Shown here: positions 48,656 to 56,870 of the stretch, piece by piece
Position numbering within the stretch: position 1 is the stretch's first letter
How the letters are laid out: every line of letters begins with the position of its first letter
Assembly: GCA_963700145.1 (NCBI GenBank)
Contig: OY969474.1
Coordinates: forward strand, 3,520,001 to 3,584,000
DNA: 64,000 bases
Direction: 5' to 3'
From: an uncultured Acidobacteriota bacterium
GTDB taxonomy: Bacteria; Acidobacteriota; Thermoanaerobaculia; Multivoradales; UBA5704
Made by a program: the position numbers and the translations under genes
Notes under the pieces: model-generated
What the model was told of the DNA's origin: nothing
Database searches by the model: none
The model's input: the letters and a program-made list of their open reading frames with translations, nothing else

Positions 48656-49323
48656 GCGCCGTTCCCCAGCCGGCCGTCGAAGAGCAGGACGGTGCGGTCG
48701 GCCACCCGCGCGATGTCGCGCTCGTGGGTGGCGACGACGACCGTCGTGCCCGCGCTCGCCATGCGGCGGAAGAGGTCGAGGACGGCGCCGGCCGTCGCCG
48801 AGTCGAGGTTCCCCGTCGGCTCGTCGGCGAGGACGACGGGCGGGTCGTTGGCGAGCGCCCGGGCGATCGCCACCCGCTGCTGCTGGCCGCCGGAGAGGGC
48901 TGCGGGCAGCTTGTCCGCCTGCTCGGCGACGCCGACGCGGTCGAGCAGCTCGAGCGCCCGCCCGCGGCGCTGGCGTGCCGGCAGGGTGCGGCAGAAGTCC
49001 ATCGGCAGCATCACGTTCTCGGCCGCGGTCAGCGTCGGCAGCAGCTGGAAGAACTGGAAGACGAAGCCGACGCTGCGGCCGCGCCAGGCGGCGAGCCGGT
49101 TGGGGCGCAGGCCCTGGACTTCGGTGCCGCCGACGGTGACCGACCCTTCCGTCGGGCTGTCGATGCCGCCGATCAGGTGGAGCAGCGTCGACTTGCCGCT
49201 GCCTGACTTGCCGGCGACGGCAACCAGCTCGCCGCGGCCGATCTCGAGGTCGACGCCGCGCAGGGCGGTGAAGGCGCCGGCCGGGGTCTCGTAGGTCTTG
49301 GTGAGGCGGCGGAGGGAGATCAT
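48652..49323 (-). CDS. ABC transporter ATP-binding protein (LolD/MacB-like)
   Basis: GKSGSGKST, LSGGQQQRVAIARAL, LADEPTGNLD. Confidence 0.95.
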   Translation of the reverse strand: MISLRRLTKTYETPAGAFTALRGVDLEIGRGELVAVAGKSGSGKSTLLHLIGGIDSPTEGSVTVGGTEVQGLRPNRLAAWRGRSVGFVFQFFQLLPTLTAAENVMLPMDFCRTLPARQRRGRALELLDRVGVAEQADKLPAALSGGQQQRVAIARALANDPPVVLADEPTGNLDSATAGAVLDLFRRMASAGTTVVVATHERDIARVADRTVLLFDGRLGNGA

Positions 49324-49346
49324 GGCGCGCACCCTACGGCCGCGCC

Positions 49347-49386
49347 GCTGAACCCCGGCTGAACGGCGCGTTCAGCCGCCGTTCAG
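49347..49386. promoter_or_regulatory. Two opposed pairs of 11-bp-spaced direct repeats (OmpR/PhoP-type boxes)
   Basis: GCTGAAC at 49347 and 49358; GTTCAG at 49370 and 49381; between the divergent ABC exporter and response regulator. Confidence 0.7.
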
Positions 49387-49429
49387 GCGCCCGCGGTCAC
49401 TGTAGTAGCCTGGCGAAGGAGGACCCCCC

Positions 49430-50092
49430 CTGCGAATTTTGGTCGTCGAGGACGAGGCGCTGCTCTCCGAGCGGCTGGCGCGGACGCTGCGCCAGGCGGG
49501 GTACGCGGTCGACACCGCCGCCGACGGCGAGCGCGCCGACTTCCTTGCCCGGACCGAGCGTTACGACGCGGTCGTGCTCGACCTCGGGCTGCCGCGGATC
49601 GACGGCCTGACGCTCCTCCGCCGCTGGCGCGAGGCGGGCCTCGCGGTGCCGGTGCTGGTGCTCACCGCGCGCGGCAGCTGGCACGAGAAGGTGCAGGGCA
49701 TCGACGGCGGCGCCGACGACTACGTGGCCAAGCCCTTCCGCATGGAGGAGGTGCTCGCCCGCCTCCGCGCCCTGATCCGCCGCGCCAGCGGCCAGCTCGC
49801 GCCCGAGCTGCGCTGCGGCCCCGTCGTCCTCGACCCGCGGGCGGCGAACGTCACGCTCGACGGCGTGCCGGTCAAGCTCACCGCCCACGAGCTGCGCGTC
49901 CTCTCCTATCTCATGCACCACCGCGGCCGCGTCGTCTCACAGGGCGAGCTGACCGAGCACATCTACGCCCAGGACTTCGAGCGCGACTCCAACACCGTCG
50001 AGGTCTTCGTCGCCCGCCTGCGGCGCAAGCTCGGCCCCGCCCTCATCGAGACCGTGCGCGGCGCCGGCTACCGTATCGCGGCGGGCCCGTAG
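49430..50092 (+). CDS. OmpR/PhoP-family response regulator
   Basis: (M)RILVVEDE, LDLGLP, GADDYVAKPF and wHTH ETVRGAGY motifs; AAGGAGG RBS precedes an in-frame CTG at 49430. Confidence 0.93.
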   Translation: MRILVVEDEALLSERLARTLRQAGYAVDTAADGERADFLARTERYDAVVLDLGLPRIDGLTLLRRWREAGLAVPVLVLTARGSWHEKVQGIDGGADDYVAKPFRMEEVLARLRALIRRASGQLAPELRCGPVVLDPRAANVTLDGVPVKLTAHELRVLSYLMHHRGRVVSQGELTEHIYAQDFERDSNTVEVFVARLRRKLGPALIETVRGAGYRIAAGP

Positions 50093-50097
50093 CGCCG

Positions 50098-51075
50098 GTG
50101 CGCTCCCTCCGCGCGCGCCTCCTCCTCGGCTCGATCCTCTGGGCGGTCGGGCTCGTCGGCATTGCCCACCTCGCGTCGATCCTGCTGCTGCACAGGTTCC
50201 CCTCGCTCCACAGCGTGCCGCCCGTCGCGATGCTGGCGATCGCGATGGTTTTCATGCTGGTCGGGCTTTGGCAGGTGCGGCGCGGCGTCTCGCCCCTCGA
50301 GCGGCTGCGCGAGCGCCTCGCCGCGGTGCGCGGCGGCCGCGACCGCCGCCTCGCCGGCAGCTACCCCACCGAGGTGCAGCCGCTGGTCGACGACCTCAAC
50401 GCCCTCCTGGACGACCGCGAGCGGGCGGTCGAGCGGGCGCTCGGCACCGCCGGCGATCTCGCGCACGGCCTCAAGACGCCGCTCGCCGTGCTGTCGCAGG
50501 AGGCCGACGACGCGGCGGCGGCGGGGCACCGCGAGCTGGCGGCGACCATCGGCCAGCAGGTCGAGCGCATGCGCCGGCAGGTCGAATACCACCTGGCGCA
50601 CGCCCGCGCCGGCGCCTCGGCCGGCGCCGCGCCCGGCGTGCGCTGCCCGATCGCCGAGTCGGCGGAGGGGCTAGCCCGGACGCTGCGGCGGCTTTACGCC
50701 GAGCGCGGGCTCGCGATCGAGGTGGACGTCCCCGCCGAGCACGCGGTGCGCAGCCGCCGCGAAGACCTCGACGAGATGCTCGGCAACCTCCTCGACAACG
50801 CCTGCAAGTGGGCGCGCTCCCGCGTCGCCGTCGCGTCCTTCCAGGAGGACGACGGCTCCGTCGCCATCACCGTGGACGACGACGGCCCGGGCCTCCCCCC
50901 GGCGCTCCGCGAGTCGGTCCTCCAGCGCGGCATCCGCGCCGACGAGGCCGCCCCCGGCTCCGGCCTGGGCCTGGCGATCGTCCGCGACCTCGCCGAGCTC
51001 TACGGCGGCTCGATCGCCCTGGAGGACTCCCCCGCCGGCGGCCTCCGCGCCCGGCTCCGGCTGCCGCCGGCCTAA
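50098..51075 (+). CDS. Sensor histidine kinase (PhoQ/QseC-like)
   Basis: Two TM segments; LAHGLKTPL H-box, GNLLDNACKW, DDDGPG and GSGLGLAIV motifs. Confidence 0.93.
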   Translation: MRSLRARLLLGSILWAVGLVGIAHLASILLLHRFPSLHSVPPVAMLAIAMVFMLVGLWQVRRGVSPLERLRERLAAVRGGRDRRLAGSYPTEVQPLVDDLNALLDDRERAVERALGTAGDLAHGLKTPLAVLSQEADDAAAAGHRELAATIGQQVERMRRQVEYHLAHARAGASAGAAPGVRCPIAESAEGLARTLRRLYAERGLAIEVDVPAEHAVRSRREDLDEMLGNLLDNACKWARSRVAVASFQEDDGSVAITVDDDGPGLPPALRESVLQRGIRADEAAPGSGLGLAIVRDLAELYGGSIALEDSPAGGLRARLRLPPA

Positions 51076-51450
51076 AAATGCACCAAGCGGCGGCAGAAAT
51101 GCACCCCGCGGAGCTTGAGGATATATCCCGCAGCAGGAAAGGTGCACCATTTCTCCGCCGCTATGCACCATCCAGCGCCTCCGGAGCCCGCCGCGACGCC
51201 TCAGGACCCTCTCGGAGGCCCTCCGGAGCCCGCCGCGAGCCCGAAATGGTGCAAAGAATCCTGAAAATGGTGCAAAACAGGTGCGGCGGCTCGGTCCAGA
51301 ACCCCGGCGGTGCACCCCGCAAGCTCCGCGGGGTGCATTTCTCCTCCCGCGGCGCCTCCGCCGGCCCCCGATCGGGCTTCCCGAGCGCCCGCTCCCTCGT
51401 TTTCTGCCCTTTCGTGGTGCATAGGAGCCGCCGCGTGGTGCATTTCTGCT
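51076..51450. repeat. Degenerate 21-bp-period array B (TGCACC / GGTGCA cores, two orientations)
   Basis: TGCACC at 51079/51100 and 51143/51164; GGTGCA at 51248/51269 and 51416/51437; 51097-51117 is an exact inverted copy of 51320-51340. Confidence 0.7.
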
Positions 51451-51523
51451 CCTCCCCCTCGATCTCCACCGCCGGCGGCCCGGTGGGGAGACCAAGCCAG
51501 GTCTCCTGGAGCCGCCGTGCCAT

Positions 51524-51574
51524 GCCCAGCCGGTAGAGCGCAAGCTTCCCAAGCTTGATGTCGCGGGTTCGAGT
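51524..51574 (+). pseudogene. Decayed tRNA-Gly(CCC) fragment
   Basis: D-arm GCCCAGCCGGTAGAGC, perfect anticodon arm CAAGC-TTCCCAA-GCTTG, variable loop ATGTC, then GCGGG-TTCGAGT; the 3' T-stem and acceptor stem do not pair. Confidence 0.75.
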
Positions 51575-51663
51575 AGGTTCTCCTCCATCGTGAATCCCTC
51601 CGAGCCCGAGATCTTGGCCGTCGAGACGCGGGTGGCGCCGACCGGCGGCGGGGAAGCGCTGCC

Positions 51664-52113
51664 ATGACCCAGCACGCGACGCTCAGCCTCGAGCGCTGGC
51701 GCGAGTTCGGCGCCAGCGAGCAGGTGCTCATGATCGCCAACGAGATGCACCGCGCCTCGCTTCTGCTCGGCCCGGGTGACGGCGACAGCCGCCGCAACGC
51801 CTACGAGCGGGTGCTTCGGCTCGCCGATCTCACGATCCAGGCCCAGGAGCGCCCGGGCTTGCGCCGGGAGCTGCTGCTCTGGCGCGGCCTCGTGGCCGAG
51901 ATGTACATCGCCGGCGAGCCGCGCCCGGCGAGCCACCTCGCAGCCCTCCAGGCCCTGCTCCTCCTCGACCCGGTGGCCGCCCGCCAGCGGTCGTACGTCC
52001 TGCCGCGGGCGGCGGCCGCAGTCTCTTCCTCGGCTGAGCCGTCGGCGTCGCCCTCCTCCCCCACGCCGGCCGGGAGTGTCTCCCGGGTCGGTTCCCGTCA
52101 ACGCGCTCCGTAA
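51664..52113 (+). CDS. Hypothetical helical protein
   Basis: Host-like codon usage; ERW...EQVLMIANEMHRA...YERVL.LADLT pattern looks like a conserved small family; C-terminal tail is low-complexity. Confidence 0.6.
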   Translation: MTQHATLSLERWREFGASEQVLMIANEMHRASLLLGPGDGDSRRNAYERVLRLADLTIQAQERPGLRRELLLWRGLVAEMYIAGEPRPASHLAALQALLLLDPVAARQRSYVLPRAAAAVSSSAEPSASPSSPTPAGSVSRVGSRQRAP

Positions 52114-52583
52114 AGGAGAGTCCCCATGCCGCGTGCACCCTTTCCCGAAAGCCGGTCGGCGATCAGCTCGGCCACCTCACTGAAGACGCGAGCCCCCTTA
52201 TCGCGGAACTGCCGCGCGGTTCTCCCGTCGCGTGGGTACATCTGGATCTGCCGAAGCCAAGGAACCTTCCTCCACGCGCAACGCTCGACCAGCACCGGAA
52301 ACAACGGCATTCCCTCCCGGCTTCGGTCCAGGAGAAGGGGAATCTCCTGCCGCGTCACGAAACTGGAAGACAAATAAGCCGCGGAGATCAGACAAACCGC
52401 AGCCGCTGCCGAGGCCGTCGCTTGATGGAGCTGCTCCTCCCAGGCGGTGCCCGTCTCGATTCCACAGTCGTCCCACACCTCGATAATGCCGAGCTGCTCG
52501 AGTACCCCTAGGTGCGTTCGCAGGCGCTCCTTCCAGAGCTCGTCGGGGCGGCTGTAGCTCAGAAATACACGGGGCGGTGGCAC
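52098..52583 (-). CDS. Stand-alone TIR-domain protein
   Basis: RVFLSYSR.D, VWDD..I..G..W, CLISAAYLSS.F...EI and FPVLV..CAW TIR_2 motifs. Confidence 0.88.
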   Translation of the reverse strand: MPPPRVFLSYSRPDELWKERLRTHLGVLEQLGIIEVWDDCGIETGTAWEEQLHQATASAAAAVCLISAAYLSSSFVTRQEIPLLLDRSREGMPLFPVLVERCAWRKVPWLRQIQMYPRDGRTARQFRDKGARVFSEVAELIADRLSGKGARGMGTLLYGAR

Positions 52584-52927
52584 ACCTAGATGTTAGCGAG
52601 GCGGCGACCTTGAAGAGTGCCCATTGGCTTAGTCCGGGGGCATACGGCAACCCACGTCAGGTCAAAGAGTCCATGAAAGCAAACGACTTATCGCAGGGTG
52701 GGTCGGTCTGATCCCACAAATGAACTCCTGGCAAGCGGGACCACCGAAGATTAGAATCCTGGCCACTCCGGGCTCCCAATACTTGGTTGTCACGAGCTTC
52801 GCCCCCCGCGACTAATTATCGGAAGTTGAATCAGCAGAGTGGGTTACACCCTCATTCGGCGGGAGAATATTCAAGACATGGGAAGCAGTATCCCTTCTGG
52901 ACCTTGTCGCCATGGGTTTGGCCCGTC

Positions 52928-53029
52928 CTAGGGGAGCCGGGTGGTGATGAAGTCGGTAGTTACGTCCGCGATGATGTACTCCATGATGTTGCCAATCTCG
53001 TCGAGAAACTGCTCGGCGATGGTTGAGAC
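52928..53029 (-). pseudogene. 3' remnant of an unknown gene cut by the IS end
   Basis: Frame VSTIAEQFLDEIGNIMEYIIADVTTDFITTRLP* begins exactly at the IS boundary and has protein-like composition. Confidence 0.4.
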
Positions 53030-54488
53030 GGGGATGCCCCGTTCCCTGTTGAAAGCCGAAAGAGGGAAAGCGGCTCGGTTGATCATGCCACGGCCTTGGT
53101 GTTCGTCGGTTCCTCGATCGCCGCGAGCGCGAGCTCGAGAGCCCCGAGGTGCCGATGTCCCTTGACACGCCGGAAGCCAGCCTCCGCGTCACACAGCGCC
53201 AGGGCGACCCAGCGCAGCACCATGTCGCCGCCGCGCCAGCGCTTGACGTTGCGCGTCGTCGTACGGATCGAGCCGATCGTGTTCTCGATCGCGTTGGTCG
53301 AGGCGAGCAACCGGCGCAGAGCGTCGGGCAGCTTCAGCCGCAAGGCGGTGAGGGTCTCGTCGAGGCCCTCGCGCAGGCTGCCCGCGGCGCCCGCGTGGCC
53401 TGCGTGCTCGAGCCAGCGGGCAAGCTGCTCGAGGCGACGCTTGGCGAGGTCGAAGCGAGCGCTCTGGTAGGCCTCGACCATCAGGCGGTCGACCCGGGCT
53501 TGGAGCTGCTTGGGCAGGTGGTCGCGGACGTTGCGGCGCTTGTGGAGCTGGCAGCGCTGGACGTGGGTTGCGTCCCCGAAGACGGCGCGCACGGCCTTGC
53601 GCAGCCCCTTGCCGCCGTCGAGCACCGCCAAGAAGCGCGGCGGCATCGCGAGGCCTCGCTCCAACAGCTCCTGGAGCAGGCCGGTACAGAGCGCCGCGTT
53701 CTCCGTCGCGCCTTCACGCAGGCCGAGCACCCGCTTGGTCCCGTCGCGCGCGATGCCGAGTGCCACCACCAGGGTGTGGCCGGCCACCTCCAGCCCGTCG
53801 ATCATCAGGATCAGGGGCTGGAAGTCCGACAGGTCTCGGCGCAGCCACGCGCCCAGCAGACGACGCGTCCCCGCCACCAGCCGGCGCTGGACCGCACTCT
53901 TGCTCGTCGCGCGCTCCGGCACCGACTCTGCGAGCGGCTCCAAGCTCCGACCGTAGCGGCGCTGCGAGACGCCGACCAGCGCCTGCTCGATCACCCGCTC
54001 CGTGAAGGGATCTTCGTCCTGAAAGGCGCGCACCGAAGGCAAGCTCATCTCGCCACCGTCGCGTCGCCGGACGCGCGGTCGCGGCAGCGCCACCTGGCGG
54101 CCACCCAGCACGAACTCGCTCGCCGTCGAGCCCCAGCGGTACGCCTCGCGGGTCGGATTGCGCCGACGCTTCGGACCGACGACGGCCTCGACCTCGTCCG
54201 CGAGCTGCCGCCCCAGGGCCTCGACGCCCGCGGCGTGAAACAGCTCCAGCAGCCCCTGGCGGCTGGCCTCGATGCCCTCGACCATCGGCCGCAGCAGCGC
54301 TTGTAGCCCGTGGCTGATGCGCGCCGCACGGCCCCCTTGCCACACCACCCGCCTTTCTGCTCTCGTCTTCATCACGGCTCCTTGGCCCCCTGGCGGGGCC
54401 GGTTATTCGACCAACCCGATTCTCGATCAGGTGGGCCGAGGAGCCGCCTTCACCTCATTGCTCTTTCAACAGCGGGAGGGACAACCCC
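53030..54488 (-). mobile_element. IS256-family insertion sequence, copy 1 (no target-site duplication)
   Basis: Imperfect 26-bp terminal IRs GGGGTTGTCCCTCCCGCTGTTGAAAG / GGGGATGCCCCGTTCCCTGTTGAAAG; same transposase as copy 2; flanks GGTTGAGAC and CGACGTTGG differ. Confidence 0.92.
53083..54375 (-). CDS. IS256-family (Mutator-like) DDE transposase
   Basis: RPRVR, GVSQR, MIDG, VLDGGKGL, QRCQLHK.RN and STNAIE motifs. Confidence 0.93.
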   Translation of the reverse strand: MMKTRAERRVVWQGGRAARISHGLQALLRPMVEGIEASRQGLLELFHAAGVEALGRQLADEVEAVVGPKRRRNPTREAYRWGSTASEFVLGGRQVALPRPRVRRRDGGEMSLPSVRAFQDEDPFTERVIEQALVGVSQRRYGRSLEPLAESVPERATSKSAVQRRLVAGTRRLLGAWLRRDLSDFQPLILMIDGLEVAGHTLVVALGIARDGTKRVLGLREGATENAALCTGLLQELLERGLAMPPRFLAVLDGGKGLRKAVRAVFGDATHVQRCQLHKRRNVRDHLPKQLQARVDRLMVEAYQSARFDLAKRRLEQLARWLEHAGHAGAAGSLREGLDETLTALRLKLPDALRRLLASTNAIENTIGSIRTTTRNVKRWRGGDMVLRWVALALCDAEAGFRRVKGHRHLGALELALAAIEEPTNTKAVA

Positions 54489-54519
54489 CGACGTTGGTAT
54501 CGAGGACTCGGATTACCAT
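54489..54519 (-). pseudogene. 5' stub of a VapC/PIN toxin truncated by IS256
   Basis: ATG at 54519 overlaps the antitoxin 3' end and reads MVIRVLDTNV (PIN LDTNV motif) straight into the IS end. Confidence 0.7.
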
Positions 54520-54758
54520 CCGGGATCGCGATCCTTACGGACGATCTCGGCGCTATCCGCCATCGGTCCGAACGAGTCGCGGAGCCGCCGGAGGCGATTG
54601 ATGGCCTCGGCGGGCTCGTCGCCGCGCCCGAGTTCGCGGTCCAGGAGGGTTCGCGCCATCTCCGATATGCCGACTTGATGTTCCTGCGCCTCCCGCCGGA
54701 GACGCTCCACGAGAGCCTCGTCGAGCATCAGGTTCACGCGCTTGAGAGGAGAGGCCAT
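54513..54758 (-). CDS. RHH/CopG-like antitoxin (VapB-type)
   Basis: KRVNLMLDEALVERLRREA....ISEMAR RHH pattern and DSAEIVRKDRD C-terminus; upstream of the PIN stub. Confidence 0.75.
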   Translation of the reverse strand: MASPLKRVNLMLDEALVERLRREAQEHQVGISEMARTLLDRELGRGDEPAEAINRLRRLRDSFGPMADSAEIVRKDRDPGW

Positions 54759-54775
54759 CGTCCGAAGCCGGCAGC

Positions 54776-54964
54776 TTACACATTGTACACACTTGGTCCG
54801 TGCTCCTGCCGGATGCGCTGACTTTCGCGATCCGCCATGACGTCACGGTGTACGACGCCGTGTTCGTCGTCCTCGCGCGGCAGCTCGGAGGCGAGCTCAT
54901 CACCGCCGACAGAGTGCTCTGGGACAAACTCGCCGGTGACTGCCCCTGGGTGAGGAAGCTGTAG
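54776..54964 (+). pseudogene. 3' half of a second VapC/PIN gene
   Basis: Frame ...LLPDALTFAIRHDVTVYDAVFVVLARQLGGELITADRVLWDKL...* carries the PIN YDA and LITAD motifs; no start or N-terminal half. Confidence 0.7.
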
Positions 54965-54985
54965 ATAAACGAAACCCCCACCGCT

Positions 54986-55654
54986 TCACGTCTCCCAGAA
55001 CTGATCGCGCAGCCCGATGCGGTCGAAGATCTGCCGGATCTCGGCGCCCATCGGGCGGCGCGCTTCGGGGGTGAGGCGACTCGCGTACCAGGCTTGGGCC
55101 AGCTCCCAGAGCTGGTCGAGGGAGACGAGCGGCCGCCGCGGCAGGTTGCGCTGCCGGCACCAGCGCTCGACGTGCTCTTCCGACCGGAAGAGGAGCATCG
55201 TGCTTCAGGTGTAGGCGATGTCGTCCCACCACTGCTTGGCGGGGACGGCGAAGTGGGCGACGCACGGCTCGGGCTCCGGCGCGCCGCCGCGCACCCGCAG
55301 CCCGATCGGCTCGCCGCAGCAGGCGCAGCTCGCCTCGACGTCGGCGTCCCGGTGCAGCGCCGCCGCGATCCCGAGCGCGTCCCAGACGCAGTTGCCGAAG
55401 TAGGAGCGCCCGCCCGAGCGCACCAGAAACGTCGTCGGCACCGCCGAGAACGGCGGCGCCATGACGATCTCCCCCGTCTCCGGCGCCAACGCCAGGAGCC
55501 GCCGCCCGTTCAGCCGCCGAAACGCCTCCAGCACCTCGGAGGCCCCGCACCCGAGCCGCCCCGCCACCTCCGCCGCTCGCGACGGGCGGCCGCTCTCGGC
55601 GGTGGTGCGGTAGACGTCGAGTTGGACTCTAGGGTCGAGGGTCTCGGGGTCCAT
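54986..55654 (-). CDS. MerB-like organomercurial/organometallic lyase, probable selenoprotein (UGA at 55205-55207 read as Sec)
   Basis: ORFs 55205..55654 and 54986..55198 are in frame, joined by ACC-TGA-AGC-ACG-ATG; NCVWDALG (MerB Cys/Asp motif), CACCGEPI, WDDIAYT-U-STMLLFRSEEHV; hairpin directly downstream of the UGA. Confidence 0.8.
55163..55204 (-). promoter_or_regulatory. Putative bacterial SECIS element
   Basis: After the UGA: lower stem CGAUG/CGUCG, upper stem CUCUUCC/GGAAGAG, apical loop GGUC starting 20 nt downstream. Confidence 0.7.
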
Positions 55655-55715
55655 GGCGGAATCCTCGCACGGTCCGCCGCTAGGACGCGGCTGTTGCTAG
55701 GATCGCCACGAAGCC

Positions 55716-56339
55716 ATGGTCGAGATCCTGCCGATCGAGCGCGAGGAAGCCTTCTGGTCCGGCGTCGAGAACGCCAAGAGGTTCTTCATGGGCGAAGCCG
55801 ACGTGCAAAGGGCCCTGGAGCGGTTGGCGCGCCTGCTCGACGAGAAGGAAATCCCCTACGCCGTCATCGGCGCCATGGCGCTCAACGAGTGGGGCTACCG
55901 GCGGGTGACCGTTGACGTCGATGTCCTGCTGGCCCCCGAGGGGCTGAGCGCCCTCAAGGCCGAGGTTCTAGGCCGCGGCTACCTCGAGAAGTTCCCGGGG
56001 AGCCGCGGCCTGCGGGACACCGAAGCCGGCGTCAACGTCGACGTCGTCCTCGCCGGCGAGTACCCGGGGGACGGCAAGCCGAAGCCGGTCGTTTTTCCCG
56101 ACCCGGCGCAAGCCGCCGTCCGCGGCCGACGCGTGGCGCTCCTGCCCCTGCCGAAGCTCATCGAGCTCAAGCTGGCGTCAGGCCTGAGCGCGCCGCACCG
56201 CCTGAAGGACCTCGCCGACGTCCTGGAGCTCATCCGGCAGCTCGCCCTTCCCCGCGAAATGGCCGAGTCCCTCGACCCCTCGGTGCGGGCCAAGTACGAG
56301 GAGCTCTGGCAGGCGGCACAGACGCCGGAACGGGAGTGA
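55716..56339 (+). CDS. Pol-beta-superfamily nucleotidyltransferase (AbiEii/DUF6036-like)
   Basis: YAVIGAMAL..WGY.RVTVDVDVLL, VNVDVV and LIELKL....R.KDLADV motifs. Confidence 0.75.
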   Translation: MVEILPIEREEAFWSGVENAKRFFMGEADVQRALERLARLLDEKEIPYAVIGAMALNEWGYRRVTVDVDVLLAPEGLSALKAEVLGRGYLEKFPGSRGLRDTEAGVNVDVVLAGEYPGDGKPKPVVFPDPAQAAVRGRRVALLPLPKLIELKLASGLSAPHRLKDLADVLELIRQLALPREMAESLDPSVRAKYEELWQAAQTPERE

Positions 56340-56344
56340 GCTCT

Positions 56345-56590
56345 ATGCCGACCTTGCAGCAGACCATCAAGGCAGTCGTCCGGCCCGGAGAGGACTCCGG
56401 CTACGTCGCCGAATGCGTCGAGATCGCCGTCGTCACGCAAGGCCGCACCCTCGACGAGACCGTCGCGAATCTGCGCGAGGCCGTGGGCCTGCACCTCGAG
56501 GGCGAGGACCCGGCAAGCTTCGGCCTGCGCCCGAACCCCACTTTGATCCTCACCCTGGAGCTCGAGCCGTCGCATGCCCGGGCTTCGTAG
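56345..56590 (+). CDS. hicB: HicB-family antitoxin (short form)
   Basis: GYVAECVEI.VVTQGRTLDE.VANLREAV.LHLE motif. Confidence 0.88.
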   Translation: MPTLQQTIKAVVRPGEDSGYVAECVEIAVVTQGRTLDETVANLREAVGLHLEGEDPASFGLRPNPTLILTLELEPSHARAS

Positions 56591-56813
56591 GCTTTCGGGC
56601 CGCGAAGTCGTTTCAACCCTTCAGCGCTTCGGGTTCCAACCCGTCTCCCAACGGGGCAGCCACATCAAGCTGCAACGGGAAACGCAGTCCGGGCGCCAGA
56701 CCCTGACGGTGCCGGCCCACAGCGAGCTCGATTCAGGGACCTTGCGCGCCATCTACCGCCAGGCGAGCCGCTTCGTTCCCGAGGACGATTTGCGCCCCCT
56801 CTTCTACGCCTGA
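56574..56813 (+). CDS. hicA: HicA-family toxin
   Basis: LSGREVV..LQRFGF..VSQRGSHIKL...TVPAH.EL..GTLRAI motif. Confidence 0.9.
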   Translation: MPGLRRLSGREVVSTLQRFGFQPVSQRGSHIKLQRETQSGRQTLTVPAHSELDSGTLRAIYRQASRFVPEDDLRPLFYA

Positions 56814-56870
56814 GCCTGTTTCTCAGCAGGTCCCCCGGAGTCAGAATGGTCGCCGCACCAAGCCGTGAGG

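Noticed and set aside
51524-51590. Functional tRNA-Gly gene
   Set aside because: The T-stem 3' strand and acceptor stem cannot pair and the D-stem has a mismatch; reported as a relic only.
51580-51667. Short frame ending at the ATG of 51664 as the remnant of a partner gene
   Set aside because: Too short and without a recognisable motif to support a call.
52928-54519. Joining MVIRVLDTNV and VSTIAEQFL... across IS copy 1 into one PIN gene
   Set aside because: There is no target duplication, the join is one base out of frame, and the product would be about 43 aa without the remaining PIN motifs.
55205-55207. MerB-like gene as a simple nonsense pseudogene or two separate genes
   Set aside because: The stop is UGA at a position expected to be Cys, both halves are otherwise intact and in frame, and a SECIS-like hairpin follows; recoding explains this better, though it is unproven.
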